64,000 nucleotides of DNA from Nitrospinales bacterium (GTDB taxonomy: Bacteria; Nitrospinota; Nitrospinia; Nitrospinales; VA-1): NCBI GenBank assembly GCA_965223795.1, contig CBDCXL010000002.1:2080001-2144000 (forward strand). Reading direction: 5' to 3'. Under the pieces are notes generated by a model that ran no database searches, was not told the DNA's origin, and saw only the letters and a list, made by a program, of their open reading frames with translations. The number at the start of each line of letters is the position of its first letter. The stretch's first letter is position 1. This document shows, one piece after another, positions 9,483 through 20,269 of this stretch. The translations under genes and the position numbers were made by a program.

Positions 9483-10550
9483 GTGCGCACATTTTCAAAA
9501 AACAGAGTTCGGCCGGGAGCGAAAATCCTGCTGATCAAACTGCGCTCCATCGGCGATGTGATCTACAACACCGCGGTCTACACGCCGCTCAAACGCTGCT
9601 TCCCGGATGCGCACCTCACGGTGCTGGTCGAGCCGGCTTCTTACGATCTGGTGCGCAGCCATCCCGACGTGGACCGGGTGCTCTGCTTTCGCAAGGGTTC
9701 CTTCGCCGGGCAGGCTGGGTTTTACCGGCGTCTGTTCAGCGAACGCTACGACGTCGCCATCGACATGCACGAAGGGACGCGCGGCGCGCTCATGTGTTTT
9801 TTGACGCAGGCCCGGTTTCGTGTGGGAAACCTGCGGGCCAAGCGGTCGTTTCTGTACAACGTCAAACTGGATTTTTCCGATCTCAATCCTAAGTACCCGA
9901 TCGACTACCAGGTCGCCCTCATCACCAAGATGGGCGTGCACTTCGAGAACCCGGCCCCGGCGGTGCACATAGCGCATGAGAGCCGCATGAACGCCGCCCG
10001 CATCCTGCAGGAAAACGGCATCGCGCCGGAAGATCCCTACTGTGTCGTGCATCCCGGCAGCCGCCGGATCTACAACCGCTGGCCGGCGGAGGAGTTCGCG
10101 CACCTGGTGGACAAACTGCATCGCGAGTACGGGCTCAAGGTGCTGCTGACCTGTGGACCGGGAGAAGAAGAGCAGGTGCGGGCAGTGACGGACCGGATCG
10201 AAAACAATGCGTACGCGTTCGTGCAGGCGGAGCTTCAGGAACTGGCGGCGATCACGGAAGGCGCGGAATTCTCGCTCTGCCACAACGGCGGCTTCATGCA
10301 CCTCTCCTCGGTGCTCGGGACGCCGGTGGTGGCGCTGTTCGGGTCCGTGCATCCGCGCGTGTGGCGGCCGCTGGGAAAACGCGACGTGGTTCTGTATCAG
10401 AATGTGGAATGCAGTCCGTGCGATGAAAAGACGCGCAAAAAGGAATGCTACAACGGCGACACCGAGTGCCTGCGCGCCATCACGCGGGAGCATGTGCTGG
10501 AAGGCGTGGACCGCATTCTGCAGAAGGACGCGCGCGAGCTCAAAGGATGA
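9483..10550 (+). CDS. Glycosyltransferase family 9 (LPS heptosyltransferase-like)
   Basis: LRSIGDV, HPGS..NRWP and MHLSSVLGTPVVALFG motifs. Confidence 0.9.
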   Translation: MRTFSKNRVRPGAKILLIKLRSIGDVIYNTAVYTPLKRCFPDAHLTVLVEPASYDLVRSHPDVDRVLCFRKGSFAGQAGFYRRLFSERYDVAIDMHEGTRGALMCFLTQARFRVGNLRAKRSFLYNVKLDFSDLNPKYPIDYQVALITKMGVHFENPAPAVHIAHESRMNAARILQENGIAPEDPYCVVHPGSRRIYNRWPAEEFAHLVDKLHREYGLKVLLTCGPGEEEQVRAVTDRIENNAYAFVQAELQELAAITEGAEFSLCHNGGFMHLSSVLGTPVVALFGSVHPRVWRPLGKRDVVLYQNVECSPCDEKTRKKECYNGDTECLRAITREHVLEGVDRILQKDARELKG

Positions 10551-10568
10551 TTTTGAATATCGATCCCG

Positions 10569-11561
10569 TCACGTGTCTTCCAGAGCCTTGAGCAGCCGAT
10601 CCCACACCCTGTCGACAGAAATGGTTTTCACATCGGCTCCCTGATTTGCGATCCGCGTCGCTTGCAGCCCGTTTTGCGAAGGGTGCAGCAGCGTGCAGCT
10701 GTTTTCCGCCAGTTCAAACGGGCCCGCGCCCCTTGGGTCGTAAGGGCCGAACAGCGCCACGGTCGGCACCTTGAGCGCGAACCCGACGTGCATGGGGCCG
10801 GTGTCGCAGGTGACCAGGAGCCGTGCGTGGCCGATCAGCTGACAGTCTGTCTTTAAGGGCAGATCGAGCGAATGCGCGGCGCGTTTCGGGTCCATGTCCT
10901 CCAGCAGGGTGTGGATGGCGTTGCGTTCCGCCGGACCGCCGCCGAGCACGATTTTGTATTCGGTGTGTTTGAGGATGGTCTGCGCCAGTTCGAAAAACCG
11001 TTCTTCCGGCCAGCGTTTTTCCGCTGTGGAAGCGCCGACGTTGAGGTAGATGAATTTTTTCGGGGCCAGCCGGGCCGATTTGAGAAAGTGGTTGATGCGG
11101 GCGCGGTCGCTTTCGTTGAAAAAAATTTCCATGTGTCCGCCGTCGCCGGGAATGCCGATGGTTTCGATCAGCTTGAGCCGCCGCCGGATGCCGTGCACCG
11201 TCCCTTCGATGCGCACCCGGTTGGCGGGTGCGATCCAGGGCGCGTTCTGATGCGCCCACAGGCTTTTGCGCCTGAGCCAGGGCAGAAAACGGGTGATGTC
11301 CCGGTTGGCGTGAAACAGCAGCACCGCGTCGTAGGATTGTGAAAGCAGCCGCATTGCCGTGAAGGGCTGCCGGTACCATTGCGGGTGGTAGTCGATCAGC
11401 CGGTCGATGTGCGGGTTGTCCTCAAACAGCGGTCTCCACCGCGCCTGCAAGAGAAAATGCAGCTTGAGCGCGGGCAGGGTTTTTTTGATCGCGCGGATCG
11501 CCGGCGTTCCCCACAGGGTGTCTCCCATTCCGGTGGTGCTGATGACGAGAATTTTTTTCAT
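10569..11561 (-). CDS. Glycosyltransferase family 9 (heptosyltransferase-like)
   Basis: GMGDTL, KRWP and DTGPMH...PTVALFGP motifs. Start taken at MKKILV. Confidence 0.9.
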   Translation of the reverse strand: MKKILVISTTGMGDTLWGTPAIRAIKKTLPALKLHFLLQARWRPLFEDNPHIDRLIDYHPQWYRQPFTAMRLLSQSYDAVLLFHANRDITRFLPWLRRKSLWAHQNAPWIAPANRVRIEGTVHGIRRRLKLIETIGIPGDGGHMEIFFNESDRARINHFLKSARLAPKKFIYLNVGASTAEKRWPEERFFELAQTILKHTEYKIVLGGGPAERNAIHTLLEDMDPKRAAHSLDLPLKTDCQLIGHARLLVTCDTGPMHVGFALKVPTVALFGPYDPRGAGPFELAENSCTLLHPSQNGLQATRIANQGADVKTISVDRVWDRLLKALEDT

Positions 11562-11580
11562 GCGTGGTCGGGCGCCCCGG

Positions 11581-12558
11581 TTACGGCGGCGTGTTGACGG
11601 CGTGTGATTGCTGCAATTTTTTTTCAGCGATGACGTACAGATTGAAGCCGTATCCCGCGCCATCGAGGATCGGGCTGATGTAATTGACCGGGTTGAGGCT
11701 GTTTTTCAGATCGCGCCGGATTCCCTTGAGCCGCTTTGCCAGTTTGCCGGAAGGAACGGACTCTTTTTGATAGGGCTTGCTTTCCGGCGGTGAGAAAAAT
11801 CCTTTTTTGGCGCGGTTGGTGTTGTTGTGCACGATCCTGAAACCGGCGGGAACCAGCATCCGTTCGAGGGTGTCGCGGGAAAAGAAGAACAGGTGCTGCT
11901 CGATCTGGTAGCCGTACCATTTGTCTTTGAGGAACGCCGCGTTTTTCACGTTGGGCGTCCAGATCACCAGCAGACCGCCGGTTTTGAGCAGCTCTGAACA
12001 CCGCTCCAGAAAAGACCGCGGACGCGGCACATGTTCGATGAGATCCCAAAGCACGATGACATCGAAAAACGCGGGCGGCCAGTCCGCCTCCTGCAACGTC
12101 GCGCGGCGGACGTTGACCAGTTTCAATTGTTCTTTGGCGAAGTGGACGAATTCGGGAACGATGTCGATGCCGTGCGGGTCCCAGCCCCGCTCGCTCGCGG
12201 CTTTCAGGAAAAACCCGCCGCCGCAGCCGACGTCGAGAATGCGTCCGGTGCCGTGGTACAACCGCTCGATGCGCTGCAGCCGCTCGTTGTACTTCTTACG
12301 GTATGCCTGCCAGCGGTCCAGCCGTTCCTGCAGGTAGGTGCTGTAATACGGGTTGCCGCCTGCGTCCCCGCGCGTTTCCTTGCGGTACAGCGCGTCCAGA
12401 TGGTGTTGCGTGGGCATGGGGTTGACGAACTCGAGACCGCAATGGCTGCAGCGCACCACGCTGGACCCGCCGTTGCGGGAACACACTTCGGAATAATCCT
12501 TGGAGCCGCAGATTTCACAGAGCATGGTGCAAACGTTTTCGGATTCGGAAAGAGGCAT
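11581..12558 (-). CDS. Class I SAM-dependent methyltransferase with an N-terminal CxxC...CxxC zinc ribbon
   Basis: CEIC and CSHC; ILDVGCGGG; DLIEHVP. Start may be 12525. Confidence 0.88.
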   Translation of the reverse strand: MPLSESENVCTMLCEICGSKDYSEVCSRNGGSSVVRCSHCGLEFVNPMPTQHHLDALYRKETRGDAGGNPYYSTYLQERLDRWQAYRKKYNERLQRIERLYHGTGRILDVGCGGGFFLKAASERGWDPHGIDIVPEFVHFAKEQLKLVNVRRATLQEADWPPAFFDVIVLWDLIEHVPRPRSFLERCSELLKTGGLLVIWTPNVKNAAFLKDKWYGYQIEQHLFFFSRDTLERMLVPAGFRIVHNNTNRAKKGFFSPPESKPYQKESVPSGKLAKRLKGIRRDLKNSLNPVNYISPILDGAGYGFNLYVIAEKKLQQSHAVNTPP

Positions 12559-12678
12559 GCAAAGGCCCGGAAAGCGGGGAAAGAACCGCAACAGGTTGAG
12601 ATCGACACCTTTGGGGGGATATGTTAGATTAATCGCCGTCCACGCGCAACCCGTCCATCACCCTAGCGAGAGCCTGCC

Positions 12679-13809
12679 TTGGTGAGACCGCTCCACATCC
12701 TGCACTCGGAAGCCGCGTTCGGCTGGGGAGGGCAGGAGATCCGGATTCTGCAGGAATGCCGCGAGCTGCTCAAACGCGGCCACCGCGTGTCTCTTGTGTG
12801 TCAGCCCGAAAGCCCGCTCGCAAAGCGGGGCGGCTCGCTGACCGATGCCGGCTTCGGCTTTTTCCCGGTGCGCATGCGCCGGCCGTTGAGCCCGACGGCG
12901 TTTTTCAGGCTGTACCGTCTCATCCGCGGGCTGCGTCCGGACATCCTGCACACACACAGTTCCATCGACAGCTGGCTCGTTTCTCTCATCGGGAAGATGT
13001 TGAACATTCCGCTCGTGCGCACCCGCCACGTGTCCATACCGGTGAAAAATCATTTTCCCAACAACCGGCTGTATTCCTCTTTCCCGGCCCGCATCCTCAC
13101 CAGCGGCGCGGCGATCCGCGACATGCTGCTGCATGTGGACGGGGTGACGGAAAACCAGGTCGTTTCCATCCCGGCGGGGGTCGACATGCAGCGTTTTGAT
13201 TGCAGTCTTTCGGGGCAGAGAATCCGCGATGAGCTGAAGCTTTCTGACGGGCAGCCGCTGATCGGCAAGGTGGGGGTGATCCGCGGATGGAAGGGGCACG
13301 ATTTTTTCCTTGAATCGGTCCCACTGGTTTTGAAAGAATTTCCCGATGCGCGCTTTGTCATCGCCGGGGACGGACCCGGCCACGATGAAATACGCAGCAA
13401 GATCCGCAGCCGCGGGCTCGATAAAGCGGTGACGATGCTGGGGCACCGCGAGGACGTGCCGGAGATCGTCGCGGCGATGGACATCCTGGTGCTGGCTTCG
13501 TTCGCGGGCGAGGGCACCTCGCAGGTCATCCCGCAGGCGTTCGCCATGAAAACGCCGGTGGTGGCGGCACGGGGCGGGTCGATTCCGGAACTTCTGGGCA
13601 ACGAGGATCGGGGACTGCTGGCGGACATCAAGAGCGGACCGGCGATCGCTCAGGGCGTCATCCGGCTGCTCAAGGATCCGGCGCTCTGCGCGCGTCTGAC
13701 GGCGGCGGCGTTTGAATTCTGCGGAAGGGAGCTGACGATCGAGCGAAAAATGGAGCAGACGCTCAGCGTCTACCGGGACGTGTTGAACCTTTCTACGGGC
13801 AAGCCGTGA
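12679..13809 (+). CDS. Glycosyltransferase family 4
   Basis: WGGQE, HTHS, KGHD and EGTSQVIPQA motifs. Confidence 0.9.
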   Translation: MVRPLHILHSEAAFGWGGQEIRILQECRELLKRGHRVSLVCQPESPLAKRGGSLTDAGFGFFPVRMRRPLSPTAFFRLYRLIRGLRPDILHTHSSIDSWLVSLIGKMLNIPLVRTRHVSIPVKNHFPNNRLYSSFPARILTSGAAIRDMLLHVDGVTENQVVSIPAGVDMQRFDCSLSGQRIRDELKLSDGQPLIGKVGVIRGWKGHDFFLESVPLVLKEFPDARFVIAGDGPGHDEIRSKIRSRGLDKAVTMLGHREDVPEIVAAMDILVLASFAGEGTSQVIPQAFAMKTPVVAARGGSIPELLGNEDRGLLADIKSGPAIAQGVIRLLKDPALCARLTAAAFEFCGRELTIERKMEQTLSVYRDVLNLSTGKP

Positions 13810-13828
13810 TGCGTGCGGCGGCAAGGCG

Positions 13829-14977
13829 GTGCCGGTGAAACTCGCTCTGATCCGGCAGAAATACGTGCATTACGGCGGTGCGGAAAGTTTTGCGGCGCAG
13901 TACACCACCCACCTCGCGGAAGCGGGGCACGAGGTGCACATTTTCGCGAACCAGTGGAAACCCTGCGCCCACCCGAACCTGCACGTGCATCCCGTTGCGG
14001 CGATCCGGACCAATTCCTTTTTGCGCACGCTCACATTCGCGCGCAATGCGGCCCGCGCCGTGCGCCGGCAGCGTTTCGATGCGGTGCAGTCGCACGAACG
14101 CACCTGGTGTCAGGATATCTACCGCGCGGGCGACGGGTGCCACCGCGAATGGCTGGAGCAGAGGAAGCGGGGGCTGGGTTTGGGCAAGCGGCTGTCCCTG
14201 GAATGCAGCCCGTTTCACCGGCTGATCCTCGTTCTGGAACGGCGCCTGTTCGAAGGGCCGGGATGCAAAAAGATCGTCGCGATTTCGCACAGGGTGAAGC
14301 GGGACATTCAAAAACACTACCGGGTGCCGGATGAAAAGATCGCCGTGGTGTACAATGGCGTGCAACTGGATCTGTTTCATCCCAAAAACAAATCCATCTT
14401 CCGCACTTCTCTCCGCAAACGGCTGGGCATTCCGGATGACGCGGTGTTGATGCTGTTTGTGGGCTCGGGGTTCGAACGCAAGGGGCTGGAGTTTCTGCTG
14501 CGTTCGCTCGCCTTCCTCAATCAGGAAAACTGGCGGCTGCTGCTGGTGGGAAAAGGAGAATGGAACCGGTATCTGAATTTCGCGCCAGAGAAGTTTAAAG
14601 AAAAAATTCATATCCAGGACCCGGTCGACACCATCGAGCAGTTTTACGGCGCAGCGGATGTGTTCGTGCTGCCCTCGATCTACGAACCGTTCGGCAACGC
14701 CAACCTGGAAGCGCTCGCTTCCGGACTTCCCATTGTGACGAGCGCACACTGCGGCGCGGCGGAAATCATCGGCGAGGAGCGAGAGGGATTCGTCATTCAG
14801 GATCCGCGCGATGCGGAGGAAATCGCGTCGCACCTGAACCGGCTGTTCGACGTTTCTCTGCGTGAGCGCATGGGACGCAGCGCGCGATTGCTGGCGGAGC
14901 AGTTCACACAAAAGCGCTGCGCGGACGCCATGCTGGCGCTGTACCGTGAAGTCGCGGCGATGAAAAGTCCGGACTGA
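13829..14977 (+). CDS. Glycosyltransferase family 4 (RfaG/WaaG-like LPS core)
   Basis: YGGAE, IYRAGDG, RKGL and YEPFGNANLEALASGLP motifs. Confidence 0.9.
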   Translation: MPVKLALIRQKYVHYGGAESFAAQYTTHLAEAGHEVHIFANQWKPCAHPNLHVHPVAAIRTNSFLRTLTFARNAARAVRRQRFDAVQSHERTWCQDIYRAGDGCHREWLEQRKRGLGLGKRLSLECSPFHRLILVLERRLFEGPGCKKIVAISHRVKRDIQKHYRVPDEKIAVVYNGVQLDLFHPKNKSIFRTSLRKRLGIPDDAVLMLFVGSGFERKGLEFLLRSLAFLNQENWRLLLVGKGEWNRYLNFAPEKFKEKIHIQDPVDTIEQFYGAADVFVLPSIYEPFGNANLEALASGLPIVTSAHCGAAEIIGEEREGFVIQDPRDAEEIASHLNRLFDVSLRERMGRSARLLAEQFTQKRCADAMLALYREVAAMKSPD

Positions 14978-15004
14978 ACTGCGCGGCGCATTGGAAGGAT
15001 AGCG

Positions 15005-15682
15005 ATGCTCGGTAAAAAAAAAGAGATCAACGATCACCGGCGCCCGCGATTGAAAAAGGCGTTTTACCTGCATCGCAAAGCGCTGCGTGATTTTGTGATC
15101 CGGTTTTCCGAAGAAGTAAAAAAAGAGGCGCGGATTCTGGATTTTGGATGCGGCGCGAAACCGTACGCGCCGTATTTCCCGACTCAGCGCTACATCGGGC
15201 TGGACGGCCATGCCGGATCCCAGGCGGATGTGGTCGCGGGAGAGCGCATGCCGTTCAGGGACGCCGTTTTCGACTGCGTGTTTTCATTTCAGGTGCTGGA
15301 ACACGTTTCCGATCCGCACACGCTGCTTGCAGAATGCCGGCGCGTGTTGAAACCCGGCGGCACGCTGCTGATCTCGGCGCCGTTTCTGTATGAATACCAC
15401 GCCTGCCCGACCGATTACTGGCGTTTCACTCACGAAGGCCTGTCGCATCTTCTTAATGGTTTTTCAGATATCCGGATCACGCACGACACGTCCACGGAAC
15501 AGACGCTCATCAGCCTGCTCTGCAGCTGGATCTGGCATGCCGGTGAACGCTGGAAACTGAAATGGCTGGGGAATGTTCTGATTTTTCTTTTGAACCTTGT
15601 GGGCTTGTGTTTTAGCAGACCGTCCCAGCAGTACAAGACGGGTTACCTGACTTCCAATTTCATCGTGACGGCGAAACGGTGA
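15005..15682 (+). CDS. Class I SAM-dependent methyltransferase (type 11-like)
   Basis: ILDFGCG, QVLEHV, LKPGG and DYWRFT motifs. Confidence 0.88.
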   Translation: MLGKKKEINDHRRPRLKKAFYLHRKALRDFVIRFSEEVKKEARILDFGCGAKPYAPYFPTQRYIGLDGHAGSQADVVAGERMPFRDAVFDCVFSFQVLEHVSDPHTLLAECRRVLKPGGTLLISAPFLYEYHACPTDYWRFTHEGLSHLLNGFSDIRITHDTSTEQTLISLLCSWIWHAGERWKLKWLGNVLIFLLNLVGLCFSRPSQQYKTGYLTSNFIVTAKR

Positions 15683-15693
15683 CGCATCGTTTT

Positions 15694-15924
15694 TTATAAT
15701 TTGGAATGGGTCCCGTCGCAAAAGGGCGGGTTTCCGGAATGACCGCAGTCGCAGATGGCGACGCGTTTGGCCTCGGTGATTTCATATTTATGCGGGGATT
15801 TGCCGGTGTCCTTTTTATCGTGCGAACCATCACAATAGGGTTTGTTCTGGGATTCGCCGCAGGCGCAGTAGTACTTGGTGCCGGGTGTTTCCTCGACGAT
15901 ATGGGGTGATTTCTCGTAAGGCAT
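15694..15924 (-). CDS. CDGSH iron-sulfur protein with two CDGSH motifs (MiNT/CISD3-like)
   Basis: [16 protein letters not shown] and [22 protein letters not shown] ribosome-binding site upstream. Confidence 0.92.
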   Translation of the reverse strand: MPYEKSPHIVEETPGTKYYCACGESQNKPYCDGSHDKKDTGKSPHKYEITEAKRVAICDCGHSGNPPFCDGTHSKL

Positions 15925-16115
15925 GACGTCTCCTTGAGCGCGGTTTCGGGATTCAGGCTGTTATGCTCACTCAAGGCGGCCTGGTTGTCAATTGAAAACC
16001 CGTCTTCCGCTTTGCGGTGTTGTGTTCGGAGACGCGATGCCGGTGCGATTTTACAAATTGACGGGTTCCGCATTCAGGACGGTTCTTCACACTCGATAGA
16101 GAAAGCAGAGGAAAC

Positions 16116-17492
16116 ATGAAACTGTTGATCACAGGCGCGACCGGGTTCATCGGAAAAGAGCTGCTTCCGCTGCTGCGGGACCAGGGACACGAAATGATCG
16201 TGCTGACGCGGAATCCGGAAAAGGCGCGCGTGCGCCTTTCAGCGGCGTGCCGGGTCGAAAGCTGGAATCCGGCCACAGGCGGCTTCGATGAGACCCTGCT
16301 TTCCGGGGTGGACGGAGTGGTGCACCTCGCCGGGGAGGGGGTCGCATCCGGACGCTGGAACGAAGCGCGCAAGCGGGCGATCTATGAATCCCGCATCGCT
16401 TCCACGCGCGGGCTGATGCAGGCTGTGGCGCGGATGCCCAAGCCGCCCGCGGTGTTCGTCTCGGCGTCGGCCATCGGGATATACGGCGACTGCGGCGAGG
16501 AACTGCTGGATGAAACGTCCGCTGCCGGTTCGGGGTTTCTGGCCGATGTGTGCCGCGATTGGGAGACCGAAGTGTTTCGCGAGGGCGTCGAGTCCATGCG
16601 CCGCGTGGCGCTGCGCATCGGCGTGGTATTGGGGAACGGCGGCGGGGCGATGGAGAAGATGCTGCCGCCGTTTAAGCTCGGGCTCGGCGGCACGCTGGGC
16701 GGCGGCGCTCAGTGGATGAGCTGGATACATGTGCGCGATGTGGCCGGGCTCATCGTGCACGCGCTGGAAACGCCGGCGCTGTCGGGGCCGGTCAACGCGG
16801 CGGCGCCGCATCCCGCGACCAACCGCGATTTCACGCGCGTTCTGGCGGGCGTGCTCAACCGGCCGGCGTTCTTGCCGGTGCCCGGATTCGTGCTGAAAAC
16901 CGCCTTCGGAGAAATGTCGCAGATCCTGCTCAACAGCCAGCGGGTATCGGCGGACAAGGCGAAGGCGTCGGGCTACAAATTCCGTTACCCGCAGCTGGAG
17001 ACGGCGCTGAAAGTGGTGTGCGAGCGGCCGGGCCACGATCTGGTGACGGAGATCTGGGTTCCCGAAGCGCGCGACAAGGTGTTTGAATTTTTTTCCGACG
17101 CGCGCAACCTGGAAAAACTCACGCCGCCGTTTTTAAAGTTCCGCATCCTCCGCATCACTCCCGAAAGCATGGGCACCGGCACGCTGCTGGATTACCGCCT
17201 TTCGCTGCACGGCATTCCGGTGCGCTGGCAGTCGAAGATCACCGACTGGGAGCCGGGCACGCGGTTCTGCGATCTGCAGACGCGCGGCCCGTACGCGTAC
17301 TGGCACCACACGCATGAGTTCGTCGACGCCAAAGGCGGCACCCTGATCCGCGACCGGGTGCAGTACAGGCTGCCGTTCGGCGTGCCCGGCGACGTGGTGG
17401 CGCACCCGCTCGTGCGCAAGGACCTGGAGACGATTTTTTCCTACCGCATGAATGTCATCGACCGCATGTATCCTTCAGACCCAAAAGCGTGA
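16116..17492 (+). CDS. TIGR01777-like NAD-dependent epimerase fused to a C-terminal SRPBCC domain
   Basis: GATGFIG, HLAGE and QWMSWIH motifs, then NLEKLTPP...W.HTHEF...DRV.Y typical of SRPBCC. Confidence 0.88.
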   Translation: MKLLITGATGFIGKELLPLLRDQGHEMIVLTRNPEKARVRLSAACRVESWNPATGGFDETLLSGVDGVVHLAGEGVASGRWNEARKRAIYESRIASTRGLMQAVARMPKPPAVFVSASAIGIYGDCGEELLDETSAAGSGFLADVCRDWETEVFREGVESMRRVALRIGVVLGNGGGAMEKMLPPFKLGLGGTLGGGAQWMSWIHVRDVAGLIVHALETPALSGPVNAAAPHPATNRDFTRVLAGVLNRPAFLPVPGFVLKTAFGEMSQILLNSQRVSADKAKASGYKFRYPQLETALKVVCERPGHDLVTEIWVPEARDKVFEFFSDARNLEKLTPPFLKFRILRITPESMGTGTLLDYRLSLHGIPVRWQSKITDWEPGTRFCDLQTRGPYAYWHHTHEFVDAKGGTLIRDRVQYRLPFGVPGDVVAHPLVRKDLETIFSYRMNVIDRMYPSDPKA

Positions 17493-17497
17493 CGCAG

Positions 17498-18511
17498 TCA
17501 GACGCGGGGACGGATCCAGCGCCAGCAGACCGCAAGTAAAGGACTCAAAACGTGATCGAGCAGAGGGTGACGCACTCCGCTGACGGCGAGCGCGCCTTCG
17601 TGCAGGCGGGTGATCTCCGCATCGGAGACTTTGCGGTTTGCCTGAATCCGGCGGCGCTTTTTTAAAATCCTCGGCAGCAGCAGCGTCAGCTCCAGATAGC
17701 TTTTCAGCTTGAGAAAAAACCAGCCGTTGCCGATCGAGTGCGCCCACTGCGCGGTTTCCACCATCCCCAATGACGGCAGGATGAGAAACAGGGTTTTCCA
17801 TTCCAGATGCTTGAGCAGCAGGTGCAGGCGGTTTTTCTCGGAATAGTAAAACTTGCGCACGCCCTTGTTGAAACGGTAATGGTGGTAAAACACCGCATCG
17901 GGATTCACCATCAGCTTCCAGCCCGCCAGCCTGAGCCGCCACGACAGGTCGTGGTCTTCGTGGTAGAGAAACAGATCCTCGTCGAAACCGCCCACCGTTT
18001 CGTACACCTCGCGCCGCAACATGAAGATCCCGCCGCAGGCCGTTTCCTGCGGAGCCAGGGCGGCGTCGTCCTTTTCATCGAGCCGGTGCGGGCAGGCGAT
18101 GCCGGTGTAGTGGATGCGGACGCCGAATGAATTGATGGCGTCGGGTTTTTCGCAGTAGAGGATCTTGGGCACGGCGGCGCCGGCCTCGGGATGGACTTCA
18201 AGAAAGCGGACCAGCTCGCGGATGCTGCCCGGCTTGAGGATGAGATCGTTGTTGAGAAAAATAAGGTGGTTCCCGTTTGCGACGGCCAGGCCGCGGTTGA
18301 CGGCGGCGCCGAAGCCGAGGTTCCTGCCGTTTTGCAAAAGACGCACCTGTGGAAAATTATTTTTCAGGTGTTCGATGGAGCCGTCCGTGGAGCCGTTGTC
18401 GCTGACGATGATCTCCAGGCCGGGTTCCTGCTGCGCGATGAGAGACTGCACGCAGGCTGCGGTGTCGTCTTTGCCGTTCCAGTTGACGATGATGGCGGAG
18501 ACGGTTGTCAT
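17498..18511 (-). CDS. Glycosyltransferase family 2
   Basis: IIVNWN, DNGSTDGS, FLNND and YHEDHDL motifs. Confidence 0.9.
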   Translation of the reverse strand: MTTVSAIIVNWNGKDDTAACVQSLIAQQEPGLEIIVSDNGSTDGSIEHLKNNFPQVRLLQNGRNLGFGAAVNRGLAVANGNHLIFLNNDLILKPGSIRELVRFLEVHPEAGAAVPKILYCEKPDAINSFGVRIHYTGIACPHRLDEKDDAALAPQETACGGIFMLRREVYETVGGFDEDLFLYHEDHDLSWRLRLAGWKLMVNPDAVFYHHYRFNKGVRKFYYSEKNRLHLLLKHLEWKTLFLILPSLGMVETAQWAHSIGNGWFFLKLKSYLELTLLLPRILKKRRRIQANRKVSDAEITRLHEGALAVSGVRHPLLDHVLSPLLAVCWRWIRPRV

Positions 18512-18524
18512 GGCCGTTTAGGGG

Positions 18525-19601
18525 TCACGTTGCGTTGCGCGTTTCCTCGAACCAGGCGAGCAGTTCGCGGCAGTTGCGTTCCCAGTCGAAGGTCTCAATT
18601 TTTTTACGGCCGTTGTCCGCCAGTTCTTGAAGCAGGCTTTCATCTTCAAGCAGACGCGCCAGATTGGCGGCGAGCGCGCCGGGGTCTTTGGGCGGCGAAA
18701 CCAGGGCGGTCTCACCGTGCACCGCGTAATCGCGGCCACCGCCGGTGTCGGTGGTCACCAGGGCGGAGCCGCAGGCCATCGCTTCCATCGGCGGCATGCC
18801 GAGCCCTTCGTGCCAGCTCGGGCACAGATAGATGTCCGAGGAGGCGTAGATCCCGCGCAGCGTTTCGCGCGTGGGGCGGTGGTGGTATGCAAAATCGAAT
18901 CCGGCTTCCTGTTTCAGGCGGGCGGGGTCCTTGAGCTTTTCGCCGAACACCACAAGTTCGAACGGCAGGTTCCTGTCCCGGATTTTGCGCATCGCCGCGA
19001 TCCCGTCCTGATAGCCTTTCCAGTCGTAATCGTGGTGCATGAGGGCGATCCGGCGCGGCACGTTGGGCTCTCCCGGCTCATAGAAAAAAACGCCGCGGTC
19101 GACCGGGGTCACGAAGACGCGGGCGTGTTGTCCGTAATTTTCATGCAAAATCTGCTTGAGCCAGGAGGAGATGACGATTTTTTCAAAAGGCAGCCGGTAG
19201 GTGCGTTCGGCGTTTTTCTTTTCGCGGGTCCACAGGCTTTCGTGATGCTGGATGAAGTAGAATTTTTTCCCGGCGGACACGGGCAGCGTGGCTGCGATGG
19301 CCGCGGTCTGCCAGGCGGTGGCGATCAGGATATCGGCGGGCGGGAAAAACCGCGCCGCGTTCTCCGGCAGGCGGTCGATGGGGAGGCGGTTGTCGAACCA
19401 GTCCACCGTGTCCGGGCTCAGGGTTTTAAGCGGCGCGCGCTTTTGCCGCCAGATCCGATCGACGCGCCACCATTTCGGTTCATCGGCGGGCACCACCAGC
19501 CGGACGTCATGCCCTTTGGCGTGAAAGCGGTTTGCGTATTCCAGGACCGCCTTGACGCCGCCGCTCAGGCGGACATGGGGAAGCAGAAACGTGATCTTCA
19601 T
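18525..19601 (-). CDS. Glycosyltransferase family 4
   Basis: SGGVK, ATAWQT and EGLGMPPMEAMACG motifs. Confidence 0.9.
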   Translation of the reverse strand: MKITFLLPHVRLSGGVKAVLEYANRFHAKGHDVRLVVPADEPKWWRVDRIWRQKRAPLKTLSPDTVDWFDNRLPIDRLPENAARFFPPADILIATAWQTAAIAATLPVSAGKKFYFIQHHESLWTREKKNAERTYRLPFEKIVISSWLKQILHENYGQHARVFVTPVDRGVFFYEPGEPNVPRRIALMHHDYDWKGYQDGIAAMRKIRDRNLPFELVVFGEKLKDPARLKQEAGFDFAYHHRPTRETLRGIYASSDIYLCPSWHEGLGMPPMEAMACGSALVTTDTGGGRDYAVHGETALVSPPKDPGALAANLARLLEDESLLQELADNGRKKIETFDWERNCRELLAWFEETRNAT

Positions 19602-19685
19602 ACTGAGTGGCGTGCGGTTTGCGTGCGGCCGGGTGTGCAGGAAAACGGGTGCCGCGCCGTGCGATTTTCTGGGCGGCGTGCCCGG

Positions 19686-20090
19686 TTATTCCAGGATTTT
19701 CTGATAATAGGTGTCGGGGTCTTCCGGGTTGAAGGTTTCATCGGCGTAAACGATCAGCACCATTTCCCGATCCCCCTGGTTCTTGATGGCGTGGATGATT
19801 CCCGGCGTGATCTTGACGGTCTTCAGGGCGTTCTCGCCCATGAGGATCTCCTGTTCCTCGCCGGTGGCGCGGTCTTTGAGCAGCAACAGCCCGGTGCCGG
19901 TGGGGACGGAAAACCATTCGGTCTTGCGCTTGTGGTAATGGTTGCCGCGCACTTTGCCCGGATGCGCGACGGAGACGTGCAGCTGGCCGAACTCTTTGAC
20001 CGTTGCCAGATGCTGCTTTCCCAGAACCTCGAACAGCCAGCCGCGCTCGTCGGATTTTTTATCGTGGTCCTGAACCTGGATGCCTTTCAT
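19686..20090 (-). CDS. Cupin-fold NDP-sugar epimerase/isomerase (WxcM-like, or like the CapF C-terminal domain)
   Basis: DERG, RGNHYH...TEWF and PGIIHAI cupin motifs. Confidence 0.8.
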   Translation of the reverse strand: MKGIQVQDHDKKSDERGWLFEVLGKQHLATVKEFGQLHVSVAHPGKVRGNHYHKRKTEWFSVPTGTGLLLLKDRATGEEQEILMGENALKTVKITPGIIHAIKNQGDREMVLIVYADETFNPEDPDTYYQKILE

Positions 20091-20269
20091 GGATGACGCT
20101 CTCATTCAATCCGTTCAAACGCGTTGCGGACGCCGCTCGCCGGGAAAGTTTTTGCGGTACTACGACCGCGGGGCTGCAGCCCTTTCGCGAAAGCGGCGGG
20201 CGTCACGGAACCCGCATTATACACGTTTTGACCGCTTCTGGTGGAAGACGATGCCGCGTCAGGCAGCGG

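Noticed and set aside
15985..16070. Short inverted repeat (AACCCGTC/GACGGGTT) between the CDGSH gene and the TIGR01777 gene as an iron-regulator site
   Set aside because: The arms are only 8 bp and far apart, with no convincing match to a Fur or IscR consensus.
16116..17492. TIGR01777-SRPBCC fusion as a novelty
   Set aside because: To my knowledge this domain pairing occurs in many bacteria.
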